Below, one piece after another: positions 45,780 to 54,990 of a stretch of DNA of 64,000 nucleotides. Within the stretch, counting starts at the first letter, position 1; every line of letters begins with the position of its first letter. Origin of the DNA: Thermoplasmata archaeon. GTDB taxonomy: Archaea > Thermoplasmatota > SW-10-69-26 > JACQPN01 > JAJPHT01. A program made the translations under genes and the position numbers. The stretch is taken from the NCBI GenBank assembly GCA_034667685.1, contig JAXDQU010000021.1, positions 1-64,000 on the forward strand, given 5' to 3'. Under the pieces are notes generated by a model, which saw only the letters and a list, made by a program, of their open reading frames with translations, was not told where the DNA came from and made no database searches.

Positions 45780-45926
45780 CCCCAGCCTCGGCCTTAGTCT
45801 TAGCCTCAGCCTTGCTCGCCTCCAGCCACAGAGGACACAAAGGTCACGGAGGAACGAGAAAAGTCGCCTCTGTGGCTGGAAGGGCTGGGGCGGAGGCTGA
45901 GGCTAAGACTAAGGCTGAGGCTGGGG
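45780..45926. repeat. Nested composite palindrome (AGCCTC-type outer arms, CCAGCCACAGAGG inner element)
   Basis: Outer arms 32/33; inner arms 45821-45834 / 45867-45880. Confidence 0.9.
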
Positions 45927-47057
45927 TCAGCCGCGCTTCTCGATGGGCACGTACTCGGCCCGATCCAGCCCGACGTACTCGGCGTCGGGGCGGAAGAGCC
46001 GGTTGTCGGAGAGCTGCTCCATGACGTGCGCGCTCCAGCCGGCCACGCGGCTCAAGGCGAAGATGGGCGTGAACAGGTCCGTCGGGATGTTCATGCTGTG
46101 GTACGTGGACGCGCTGTAGAAGTCCACGTTGGCGTCGAGCCCCTTCATGGCCTTGACCTTGGCCTGGATCTTGGTGCTCATGTCGTACCACTGGAGGTTG
46201 CCGCCGCGCTGGCCGAGGCGGTGGCTCATCTCCTTCAGATACGGCGCGCGCGGGTCGAGGACCTTGTAGATGCGGTGGCCGAAGCCGGGGATCTTCTCCT
46301 TGGCGCTCAGCTTCTCGGCGATGTACTTCTCGGCCTTGTCCGCGTTGCCGATGTCCTCGAGCATGTGCATGACGGCCTCGTTGGCGCCGCCGTGCAGCGG
46401 GCCCTTGAGCGTGCCGATGGCGCTCGTGATCGCGCTGTGCATGTCGCTGAGCGTGCTGGCCGTGACACGCGCGCTGAACGTGCTCGCGTTGAACCCGTGG
46501 TCGGCGTGGAGGACGAGCGCCACGTCGAAGTCGCGCGCGATCTCCGCGTCGGGCTCCTGGCCCGAGAGCATGTAGAGGAAGTTGGCCGCGTGCGTCAGGT
46601 CCGCCTTGGGCGCGATGGGCTCCTGCCCCTCGCGGAGGCGGTGGTACGCCGCGATGATCGTCGCCGTCTTGGCCGTGATGCGGTGCGCCTTGCGCATGTT
46701 GCCCGCGGGGTCGTTCTTCTCGACGTCCGGATCGAACGTGGAGAGCGCGGAGACGCTGGTGCGCAGCGCGTCCATCGGGGGGGCGCGGCCGGCGAGCACG
46801 CGCAGCGCATCGAGCACCGGCGTGGCGAGGGCGCGCTCCTTGGCGAGCAGCTCCTTCGTGTGCGCCAGCTCGGTGCGCGTGGGGAGCTTGCCCTGCCAGA
46901 GCAGGTGCGCGACCTCCTCGAAGCCGCTGTTGCGGGCCAGGTCGCCGATGTCGATCCCGCGGTACGTGAGGCGCCCCTGCTGGCCGTCCACCATGGAGAG
47001 CGACGTCTTGCCCGCGACGACGCCTTCCAGGCCCGCCTTCCACGTGCCGCTCGCCAT
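45927..47057 (-). CDS. citZ: Citrate synthase
   Basis: GLEGV, HADHGFNAST, GPLHGGAN, GFGHRIYK..DPR, NVDFYS. Confidence 0.95.
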   Translation of the reverse strand: MASGTWKAGLEGVVAGKTSLSMVDGQQGRLTYRGIDIGDLARNSGFEEVAHLLWQGKLPTRTELAHTKELLAKERALATPVLDALRVLAGRAPPMDALRTSVSALSTFDPDVEKNDPAGNMRKAHRITAKTATIIAAYHRLREGQEPIAPKADLTHAANFLYMLSGQEPDAEIARDFDVALVLHADHGFNASTFSARVTASTLSDMHSAITSAIGTLKGPLHGGANEAVMHMLEDIGNADKAEKYIAEKLSAKEKIPGFGHRIYKVLDPRAPYLKEMSHRLGQRGGNLQWYDMSTKIQAKVKAMKGLDANVDFYSASTYHSMNIPTDLFTPIFALSRVAGWSAHVMEQLSDNRLFRPDAEYVGLDRAEYVPIEKRG

Positions 47058-47114
47058 TCGAAAGAACCCCGCGTTTGGCGCCGGACAGCGGGTGGGGGTG
47101 AAGAATGTTTCTCA

Positions 47115-47197
47115 CCCGAGCCCGCTTTCGAGCCCGATTCCGAGCCCTGTTTGCGCGGCTCATCGGGCTAGGAATCGGGCTCGAAAGCGGGCTCGGG
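47115..47197. repeat. CGAGCCC family palindrome overlapping the uvrC stop
   Basis: 33-bp arms, 32/33. Confidence 0.9.
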
Positions 47198-49072
47198 ATT
47201 CCTCCGCCGTTTCCACGACGCCTCGTCCGCCGGCGCGATCCGCTCGGCCTCCTTCGCGGCGGCCGCCGGCTCCAGGATGGCCTTGGCCAGCTTGGGCCCG
47301 ATGCCGGGGACGCGGGCGAGGTCCTCCTCGCGGGCGCGCAGCACGTCGTCCACGCTGCCGAAGTGCGCGAGCAGGGCGCGCTTCTTGGCGGGGCCGAGGC
47401 CGGGCACGGCGTCGAGCGCGCTCTCGCGGAGCTGCTTGCGGCGGCTCGCCCTTTGATAGCTCACGGCGAAGCGGTGCGCCTCGTCGCGCACGCGCATCAG
47501 GGGGAGCAGCGCCTCGCTCGCGCGGCCCAGCTTGAGCGGACGGAGCAGGTTGGGCAGGTAGACCTCCTCCTCCTTCTTGGCGAGGCTCGCGAGCGGCTGC
47601 GCGTCGAGGCCCAGCTCGTGGAGCGCCTTGCGCGCGGCGTTCAATTGGCCCATGCCGCCGTCGATGAGCACGAGGTCGGGAAGGGGCTCGCCCTCGCGCT
47701 GGAGGCGGCTGTAGCGCCGGCGGACCACCTCCTCCATCGCGGCGAAGTCGTCGTTGCGCTCGGTGCTCACCTTGAAGCGGCGGTACTCGGAGGGCGTCGC
47801 GCGGCCGTCCACGAGTACGCTCATCGAGGCGACGACGCCGGTGCCGCCCAGGTGGCTGATATCAAAGCACTCGATGCGCCGCGGGAGCGCGGGCAGCTTG
47901 AGCGCGGCCTGGAGCGCGGCCAGCTCCTTGCGGTGCTCGTCCTCGCCGCGCTTGAGGCGCTCCTGGCCGAGGCGGAACTCGGCGTTGCGCTGCGCGTGGT
48001 CGAGCACCGCGCGCAGGTCGCCCTTCTGCGGCACGCGGATGTCCACCGGGCCGCCGCGCTTCTCCGCGAGCCAGGCCGCGAGGCTCTCCGACCCCGCGGG
48101 CAGGTCAGGAACGAGGACCTCGCGGGGCACGCTGGGCAGGTTCTCGTAGTAGCGCTGCACGAACTCCGCGAGCACCTCGGGCACCTCGTGCGCCTGCGCG
48201 TTCCGGAAGAAGAACGTCTCCTGGCCCGCGACCTGGCCGCGCCGCAGCAGCACGACGACGCCGGTCCACGCCGGGCCTTCGCGGTGCACGGTGAACACGT
48301 CGCGGTCCTCCTTGCCGCCCGCGAAGATGGCCTGGTGCTGGAGCGTCGTCGTCACCGCGGTCAGGCGATCGCGGAGCTGCGCGGCGCGCTCGAACTGCTC
48401 GTGCTGCGCGGCATCCTCCATCTGGCGCTGCAGCTCCTTCGTGAGGCGTTCCATGTCGCCCTTGAGGAACGCCTCGGCCTGCTGCGAGGCCTCCTGATAT
48501 CGCGCGATGGGATCGACGTCCGAGAGGCCCCGGTCCGCGGTCTTGCGGCGGCGCTCCTCCAGGTCGGTCATGCACGGCGCCCAGCAGAGCCGCATTTGAT
48601 AGCTCAGGCAGCCGCCCGGCAGCAGCTCCTTGCAGTCGCGCAGGCGGAACACCTCCTGCATCGTCTTCAGCGTCCGCCATGCCGCGCCCGCGTTGGGAAA
48701 CGGCCCGAAGAGCCGCCCGCGCGCCTTGGTGTCGCGCACGATGCGCGCTCGCGGGAACGGGTGGTCCGAGAGCAGGATGAACGGGTAGCGCTTGTCGTCG
48801 GTGAGCGTGACGTTGTAGCGCGGGTGGTTCGCCTTGATCAGCGAGCTTTCGAGGAGCAGCGCCTCCTTCTCGGAGGTCGTCAGGATCAGCTCGACGTTCG
48901 CCGCCTTCTCCAGCATGACCTCCTTGCGCGGGTCGAGGTTGCCGTGCCGGTAGCTCGACAGGCGCGTCCGGAGGCTGCCCGCCTTCCCGACGTACAGGAT
49001 GGTGCCCTGGTCGTCCTTGAAGAGATAGACGCCCGGCTCCTCCGGCACCGTGGCGAGGTCGACCTTGAGCAT
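47168..49072 (-). CDS. uvrC: Excinuclease ABC subunit C
   Basis: PGVYLF...YVGKA (GIY-YIG), IECFDISH, DLVLIDGG.GQ, RDEAHRFA, HhH. Confidence 0.97.
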   Translation of the reverse strand: MLKVDLATVPEEPGVYLFKDDQGTILYVGKAGSLRTRLSSYRHGNLDPRKEVMLEKAANVELILTTSEKEALLLESSLIKANHPRYNVTLTDDKRYPFILLSDHPFPRARIVRDTKARGRLFGPFPNAGAAWRTLKTMQEVFRLRDCKELLPGGCLSYQMRLCWAPCMTDLEERRRKTADRGLSDVDPIARYQEASQQAEAFLKGDMERLTKELQRQMEDAAQHEQFERAAQLRDRLTAVTTTLQHQAIFAGGKEDRDVFTVHREGPAWTGVVVLLRRGQVAGQETFFFRNAQAHEVPEVLAEFVQRYYENLPSVPREVLVPDLPAGSESLAAWLAEKRGGPVDIRVPQKGDLRAVLDHAQRNAEFRLGQERLKRGEDEHRKELAALQAALKLPALPRRIECFDISHLGGTGVVASMSVLVDGRATPSEYRRFKVSTERNDDFAAMEEVVRRRYSRLQREGEPLPDLVLIDGGMGQLNAARKALHELGLDAQPLASLAKKEEEVYLPNLLRPLKLGRASEALLPLMRVRDEAHRFAVSYQRASRRKQLRESALDAVPGLGPAKKRALLAHFGSVDDVLRAREEDLARVPGIGPKLAKAILEPAAAAKEAERIAPADEASWKRRRNPEPAFEPDS

Positions 49073-49131
49073 CCGACAGGAACGACGGGGCGTCTCCGGC
49101 TTGAGGATTTGCGGGGCGTCGGCCCCCTGGC

Positions 49132-49214
49132 GTGACCCCACCAGAAACCCGAGGACCCGAAAACCCGAGAACCCGAGCCAAGGAATCGGGTTCTCGGGTT
49201 TCTGGTGGGGTCAC
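49132..49214. repeat. GTGACCC...GGGTCAC family palindrome
   Basis: gtgaccccaccagaaa...tttctggtggggtcac with ACCCGA units. Confidence 0.85.
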
Positions 49215-49315
49215 AAACCCGGCCAAGCGGAGAGGTGGGGAGGCCAAATGTGGAGGCTTTCTTTCAATGACCCCACTCCCTGAGGCTCTTTCGCCTGGCC
49301 GCCTGCCGGAGTCCC

Positions 49316-50017
49316 ATGCTCGGTGACGCGGTTGCGCCCCTCACGGCCCCCAGCCCTCTTTCGAGCCCCAGCCCGAGCCCTGCTTGCGCGTGGCAGCAGG
49401 GCTCGGGCTGGGGCTCGAAAGAGGGCTCGGGACGGCTACGCATCGGCCTCTCCGCCCAGGAATGGGCCGAGCCCGGACGGCTCACCCTCGTCGTCGCCCC
49501 GCCGCGCTGGCTAAGCGGCCTCGAATCGCGCCTCCTGCTGGACACCATCGCCACCGGCCGCGACGCCTTCCTGGTAAGCGGCGACAACCGCCTCGACGCC
49601 TACGCCCTCCTCGCCCAAGCCCGCGCAAAAGGGCTGGAGACCGAGCTGGCCGACGGCGTCTGGATCACGCGCGCCTTCACCGTCCACCAGCTCGTCGCGC
49701 TCCTCGAAGAAGCGCTCCCCCTCGCCAGCCGCCAACACCCGCTGGGCCTCGCCCTCGCCACCGGCCTCCTGGAGATGTTCCTCGACGAGGACGTTCAACC
49801 CCACGAAGCCCGCGCCCTCTTCACCCGCAGCGTGCGCCGCCTCGACGCCTGGGCCCGGACGCGCGACTTCCCCGTCATCGCCACCCTCGCGCAAGCTACC
49901 GGCGCGCGGGCCGAAGCGCTGCTCGCGGAGGTGCAGGGGCGGGAGCCACCGCGCGCCGCGCCGTCCCAGCTAGATCTGGCCAGATCTAGCCGCCAAGCCA
50001 CGCTGGAGGTGGCCTGA
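49316..50017 (+). CDS. PolB2-associated inactivated RadA/RecA-like protein
   Basis: N.LD.Y, I.RAFTVHQL, F.DE.V; no Walker A; upstream of polB2. Confidence 0.72.
   Translation: MLGDAVAPLTAPSPLSSPSPSPACAWQQGSGWGSKEGSGRLRIGLSAQEWAEPGRLTLVVAPPRWLSGLESRLLLDTIATGRDAFLVSGDNRLDAYALLAQARAKGLETELADGVWITRAFTVHQLVALLEEALPLASRQHPLGLALATGLLEMFLDEDVQPHEARALFTRSVRRLDAWARTRDFPVIATLAQATGARAEALLAEVQGREPPRAAPSQLDLARSSRQATLEVA
49352..49427. repeat. CGAGCCC family palindrome inside a CDS 5' end
   Basis: Perfect 33-bp arms. Confidence 0.9.
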
Positions 50018-50260
50018 GTGGGCCGCACGCTTCCGACGTCGCGCCACGTCCTCGACGCGCTGGAGCTCGAGTGGCAGGATTACCGCCGCGGCCTGACGGA
50101 GGCGGAGCAGCGCCGCTTCGACGCGCTCTGGCAGAAGGCGCGCGCGCACGCCAGCGCGATGGCGAACCAGTCGCCGTTGGATCCGATGCAGGCGGCGCTG
50201 CTCGGGATGATCCTGGAGATGCAGGGCGAGATCGACCGGTTGCGGGGCCTGCGGGCGTGA
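50018..50260 (+). CDS. Small helical PolB2-associated protein
   Basis: MGRT.P..R......EW..YRR.L...Q..FD.L...AR.H pattern of archaeal polB2 operons. Confidence 0.8.
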   Translation: MGRTLPTSRHVLDALELEWQDYRRGLTEAEQRRFDALWQKARAHASAMANQSPLDPMQAALLGMILEMQGEIDRLRGLRA

Positions 50261-50282
50261 TCGTGGTTGGGCGCAGTCTCCA

Positions 50283-50349
50283 CCAGCCACAGAGGACACG
50301 GAGGAACGAAAGAAGCCGCCTCTGTGGCCTCCATGTCCTCTGTGGCGGG
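50283..50349. repeat. CCAGCCACAGAGG family palindrome
   Basis: gccacagaggaca...tgtcctctgtggc. Confidence 0.88.
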
Positions 50350-50384
50350 AGTGGGCACGGACGCCGCGCGATGAGGACGCGGGC

Positions 50385-52751
50385 ATGATCGACGGCTTCA
50401 TCCTCGACGTGACGCCGGACCCGACGAAGGCGCAGATGGTCCTGTGGATCAAGACGCCGGAGGGCAGGGTCGTGCCGTGGCGCGCGCCGTTCACGCCGGC
50501 GTTCTACGTGGCGGGGCCGCAGCCCGCGCTCGACGAGCTCACGACGACGTTGCCGCTGCTGCCGGGCGTGGGCGCGCTCTCCTTCGAGGTGCGCAGGCTG
50601 GGTTTGGGCGGGCGGCGGCGCGTGCTGAAGGTGCCGGTGCGCGACACGAAGCGCCTGATGGCCGTCGCGAAGATGGTGGACGCGCGCGGCGGGCACCGCG
50701 ACCTGGACCTCTACGACGTGGACCTGCGCGCCAGCCAGCGCTTCTTCTTCGATCGCGGTCTCTTCCCCTTCGCGCGCGTGCGGGCCGGCGCCCAGGATGA
50801 TATCACGGCGCTGGACAAGGCGTGGGACCTGGAGTACGTGCGCCCGCCACTCTCGGAGGCGAGCCTGCGCGTGGAGGCGCGGCGGCGCGGGGCGCGCGTC
50901 GAGCCGGAGGATCCGGTGACGCGCGTGGTCCTCGGGCCGGGGGCCGGGAGCTTCGACAAGGAGGGCGAGCTCGTGCCCCATCCGGACGACGTCGCGCTCG
51001 AAGGCGACGAGGAGGACGTGCTGCGCGAGACGATGCGCCTCGTGCGCGAGCGCGATCCGGACGTGCTCTACACGTGGGGCGGCGACCGCTGGGGGCTGCG
51101 GCATCTTGCGGCGCGCGCCCAGGCGTTGGGCCTCGCGGGCTGGACGCTCGCGCGCGGGGAGGGCGAGGTGGCGCAGCCGCCCACGCGCAAGGCGCGGAGC
51201 TTCTTCCAGTACGGCCACATCCGCTACAGCGCGCCCACGTACCCGCTCGCGGGGCGCATGCACGTGGACCTGCGCGAGAGCTTCTTCTTCGGCGAGTCGA
51301 GGCTGGCGGGCGTCATCGACCTCTCGCGCCTCTCGGGCATCCCCGTCTCGGAGCTGGCGCGCCTGGAGGCCGGCACGGCGGTCACGGCCATCGAGATCGA
51401 CTTCGCGAAGCGCCAGGGGCGCCTGATCCCGTGGAAGAAGAACATGCCCGAGAAGCCCAAGACGCTGCGCAGCCTGGTGCGCGCGGACCGGGGCGGCTAC
51501 ATCTTCGACCCGCGCGTGGGCCTCTACGACGATGTCATCGAGCTGGACTTCGGGTCGCTCTACCCCGCGCTCATCGCGAACCACAACCTGGGCTCCGAGG
51601 CGATCCTGTGCGCGTGCTGCGACCCGGAGAAGCTGCCGCCCGAGCGCTTCGTGCCGCAGATCGGCTACCACGTCTGCGACAAGCCCGCCGTCGTGCCGCA
51701 GGTGCTCAAGAGCCTGGTCAAGCGGCGCATGGACATCAAGAAGATGCGCAACGCCGCAACGGACGAGGCGCTCTTCCACGAATACAAGGGGCGCGTGGAC
51801 GCGCTCAAGTGGCTCAACGTCGTCGCGTTCGGCTATCAGGGCTACAAGAACGCGCGCTTCGGCTGCATCGAGGCGCACGAGGCCACCTGCGCGTGGTCGC
51901 GCGAGGCGCTGCTCCGGGCCAAGGAGATCGCGCATGACGCGGGCTACGAGTTCCTGCACGGCATCGTCGACTCGCTCTGGCTGCAGAAGGTCGGGACCGC
52001 GAGCTGCTCCGCGGAGCAGCTCGCGGCGCGGGTCGAGGCCGAGGTCGGCATCCCCTTCGAGCCGCAGGGGCGCTACAAGTGGATCGTCTTCCTGCCCACG
52101 CGCTCGCACGACGCCCAGGGCGCTCCGCGGATCGGCGCGCCGAACCGCTTCTACGGCTGCTTCGACAAGGCCCCGCGCGTGCTGGGGCGCAGCCAGGCGG
52201 GGCAGCCCCTCGACGACATCGCCGGGGGCGCGATGAAGGTGCGCGGCGTCGAGTACCGGCAGGACTCGTGCCCGCCCGTCCTGGCCTGGATGCAGCACGA
52301 CATGCTGGAGGTCCTGGCGAAGGCCGACGACGCGCCGCAGTTCCGCGCGCGCATCCCGGAGGCGCTGGAGACGGCGAGGGGCTTCGCGCGGCGCGTGCGC
52401 GCGGGCGCGTGCGGGCCCGAGGAGCTCTGGATCGACCTGCGCGTCACGCGCGGCCTCGAGGGGCGCACGCAGATGAACCACGGCCACGCGGCGCTCAGGC
52501 AGCTCGCGGCCCAGGGGGAGGTCGTCGCGCCGGGCGATCGCGTGCGCTTCGTCATCACCGACGCCGCGAGCCGCGACCCGGCGCAGCGCGTGCGCGAGAA
52601 GCGGCTCGGGCCTCCCGACCATTATGATATCGAGGCCTACGAAACGCTGCTCGCGCGCGGCGTCGCGTCGCTGCTGCTGCCCTTCGGCTACGACGAGGCG
52701 AAGGCGCTGGCCGCGCTGCGCGGGGAGCCCATGCAGACGTGCCTGGCGTGA
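50385..52751 (+). CDS. polB2: Family B DNA polymerase, PolB2 type
   Basis: DRGG....P..G, LDFGSLYP, KWLNVVAFGYQG, variant motif C HGIVDSLW, KVRGVE. Confidence 0.92.
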   Translation: MIDGFILDVTPDPTKAQMVLWIKTPEGRVVPWRAPFTPAFYVAGPQPALDELTTTLPLLPGVGALSFEVRRLGLGGRRRVLKVPVRDTKRLMAVAKMVDARGGHRDLDLYDVDLRASQRFFFDRGLFPFARVRAGAQDDITALDKAWDLEYVRPPLSEASLRVEARRRGARVEPEDPVTRVVLGPGAGSFDKEGELVPHPDDVALEGDEEDVLRETMRLVRERDPDVLYTWGGDRWGLRHLAARAQALGLAGWTLARGEGEVAQPPTRKARSFFQYGHIRYSAPTYPLAGRMHVDLRESFFFGESRLAGVIDLSRLSGIPVSELARLEAGTAVTAIEIDFAKRQGRLIPWKKNMPEKPKTLRSLVRADRGGYIFDPRVGLYDDVIELDFGSLYPALIANHNLGSEAILCACCDPEKLPPERFVPQIGYHVCDKPAVVPQVLKSLVKRRMDIKKMRNAATDEALFHEYKGRVDALKWLNVVAFGYQGYKNARFGCIEAHEATCAWSREALLRAKEIAHDAGYEFLHGIVDSLWLQKVGTASCSAEQLAARVEAEVGIPFEPQGRYKWIVFLPTRSHDAQGAPRIGAPNRFYGCFDKAPRVLGRSQAGQPLDDIAGGAMKVRGVEYRQDSCPPVLAWMQHDMLEVLAKADDAPQFRARIPEALETARGFARRVRAGACGPEELWIDLRVTRGLEGRTQMNHGHAALRQLAAQGEVVAPGDRVRFVITDAASRDPAQRVREKRLGPPDHYDIEAYETLLARGVASLLLPFGYDEAKALAALRGEPMQTCLA

Positions 52752-53414
52752 TCATTCGGCGTCGGGCGCCGCCACGATCTCTTCAGCAGGCATGGCAGCC
52801 ACCGCACCCGGCCAGACGCGGCGCGAGAAGGCGCTGACGTAGAACGCGGCGCCGCCCACGAAGAAGAGCGCGAGCGAGAGCCAGGGCGTGACGAAGGCGG
52901 CCGCGACCGAGAGCAGGCTGATCGCCACGAGGCTGAGGATCGCGTAGTGCGTCGCGCGGATCGCCGCGTCGGAGAGGTCGGGCCCCACGAGGCGGCGGCC
53001 CGCGGTCACGTAGCTCCAGCGCGCCCAGAGGCAGAGGAAGTAGACCAGCGCCGAGAGCGCGGGGACCATGACGCCCAGAGGCGTGCCGAGGTTCTGGCCG
53101 AAGAGGCGCGCGGCGAAGGGCTGCAGCGTCGCGACGAAGAGAAGCGGCAGGTTGAGCAGCGCGAGGTTGCGGTCCATCCTGCGCACGTAGCGCAGGTCGA
53201 CGTGGAACGCGTACCAGAGCGTGCCCAGCAGGCCGAACGTCGTGACGTAGGCGAAGAACGCCGGCCACTGGCCGCGCAGGTTCTCCAGCACGTCGCCCAT
53301 CTGGCCGGTGGGCGCGAAGGGGGCGACGGCGAGCAGCGTCATCGAGAAGCCGAACACGTTGTCGCCGATGCTCTTCACGCTCTCCAGCGAGAGCGGGAGG
53401 TAGCGCTGCGTCAT
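52752..53414 (-). CDS. TMEM175/DUF1211 family membrane protein
   Basis: D.VF..SMTLL, Y..TF......W..H, LN...L....L.PF. Confidence 0.78.
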   Translation of the reverse strand: MTQRYLPLSLESVKSIGDNVFGFSMTLLAVAPFAPTGQMGDVLENLRGQWPAFFAYVTTFGLLGTLWYAFHVDLRYVRRMDRNLALLNLPLLFVATLQPFAARLFGQNLGTPLGVMVPALSALVYFLCLWARWSYVTAGRRLVGPDLSDAAIRATHYAILSLVAISLLSVAAAFVTPWLSLALFFVGGAAFYVSAFSRRVWPGAVAAMPAEEIVAAPDAE

Positions 53415-54712
53415 CCCCGCGGCGCCTCCGGCGCGACGAAGCGGCCCGCGCCCGCAGGGCCCACGAGCCTGCCTTCCTCGACCACGAGCGATCCGCGCAG
53501 CGCGACGTGCGTGGGGAAGACGGCCGGCATCCCCTCGAAGGGCGTCCAGCCGGCGCGGCTCGCCATCTCGGAGGCGCGGACCGGGCGCTCGGCGGCCAGG
53601 TCGTACACCGCGAAGTCGGCGTCGTGGCCCGGCGATAGCATTCCCTTGCGCGGGATGCCGAAGAGGCGCGCGCCCGCGACGCTCGCGTCGAGGAGGCGCG
53701 GCAGCGCGATCCGGCCCCGCTTCGCGAAGGGGAGCAGGACCGGAAGGAGGGTCTGCACGCCGGGCACGCCGGAGGGGCAGCCGGCCTGCGAGGGGACGTC
53801 CTTCTCGGCGGGCGTGTGCGGCGCGTGGTCGCTGGCGATGGCCGCGATGCGCCCGTCGCCCAGGGCGCGCCAGAGCGCCTCGGCGTCCTCCTGCGCGCGC
53901 AGGGGCGGGTTCATCTTGAAGCGGCCGCCCTGGGAGAGCCTCTGCTCCGTCAGGAGCAGATGGTGCGGGCAGACCTCGGCGCTGAACGGCGTGCCACGCA
54001 TCGCCTCGAGCCCCGCGGCGGTGGAGAGGTGCGCGATGTGCACGCGCGCGCCGGTGCCGGCCGCCGCCTCCACGAGGGACTGGATCGCCTCGGCCTCGCA
54101 TTCGGGCGGGCGCGACGCGGCGTGGCTGGGGAACGTCGCGTCGACGAGGTGCGCGTGGCGCTCCAGGCAGGCTTGGCTCTCGGCGTGGAACGCGACGGTG
54201 CGGCCGCGCTTCGCCGCCTCCACGAGCGCGCGGCGCACAAGGCCGTGGTCGCGCACGAGCAGGTGCCCGGTGGTGGCGCCGAGGTAGACCTTCATCGCGC
54301 TCGCGAAGGGCAGGACGTCGAGCGCCTCGCCACGCTCGTCCAGGCCGCAGTAGAGGCCGAAGTCGACGTGCGCCTTGGCGGCCGCGATGGCGAGCTTGCC
54401 GTCGAACGCCTCGCGCGTGAAGACGGGCGGCACGGTGTTGGGCATGTCCATGACGGTGGTCACGCCGCCCAGCGCCGCCGCCGCGGTGCCGCTGCCGAAG
54501 TCCTCCTTCTGCGGGTGGCCCGGGTCGCGGAAGTGGACGTGCGCGTCCACGGCGCCGGGCGCGACGAGCCGCTCGCCGAAGTCCAGCGTCCGGAGCGCGG
54601 GCTCCTCGCGCATCGCGGCGATCCGGCCCTCGCGGACGCTGAACGCGCCCCGGGCGAGCGTGCCATCCGGCTGGAAGAGCGTGCCCTTGACCACGAGGTC
54701 GGCGCGGGCCAT
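53411..54712 (-). CDS. pyrC: Dihydroorotase (cyclic amidohydrolase)
   Basis: DAHVHFRDPG, DMPNT.P, EVCPHHL, KMNPPLR, SDHAPH. Confidence 0.88.
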   Translation of the reverse strand: MARADLVVKGTLFQPDGTLARGAFSVREGRIAAMREEPALRTLDFGERLVAPGAVDAHVHFRDPGHPQKEDFGSGTAAAALGGVTTVMDMPNTVPPVFTREAFDGKLAIAAAKAHVDFGLYCGLDERGEALDVLPFASAMKVYLGATTGHLLVRDHGLVRRALVEAAKRGRTVAFHAESQACLERHAHLVDATFPSHAASRPPECEAEAIQSLVEAAAGTGARVHIAHLSTAAGLEAMRGTPFSAEVCPHHLLLTEQRLSQGGRFKMNPPLRAQEDAEALWRALGDGRIAAIASDHAPHTPAEKDVPSQAGCPSGVPGVQTLLPVLLPFAKRGRIALPRLLDASVAGARLFGIPRKGMLSPGHDADFAVYDLAAERPVRASEMASRAGWTPFEGMPAVFPTHVALRGSLVVEEGRLVGPAGAGRFVAPEAPRG

Positions 54713-54752
54713 CGCGGCGCGATGCTGGGGCTTCCGCTTAACGGTTCGTCGT

Positions 54753-54863
54753 TCCCGCTGGGGCTTCGCCCCAGACCCCAAACACCACCGAATCCACGAA
54801 TCATCGCGACGCGGATTCGTGGATTCGGTGGTGTTTGGGGTCTGGGGCAAAGCCCCAGCGGGA
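54753..54863. repeat. 50-bp-arm palindrome (GGGGCTTCGCCCCAGACCCC type)
   Basis: Arms 49/50; each arm contains an internal hairpin. Confidence 0.93.
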
Positions 54864-54990
54864 GCACCATGATATCAAACGAGGCGCCTTCCCGAGCCGA
54901 TCAAATGACGGAGAGATAGGGCTCCGCGAGAGAAGGCGTGTCACGCGGAACCACGATAGGCTCATGACCCGAAGCGGGGGTGGCGCCCCA

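Noticed and set aside
50385-52751. PolB as the marker of a casposon or virus
   Set aside because: Motifs and neighbours fit cellular PolB2; no Cas1, capsid, integrase or terminal repeats.
54713-54990. N-terminal extensions of pyrC and the aminotransferase in the ORF track
   Set aside because: They read through the palindrome; family similarity begins at 54712 and 54991.
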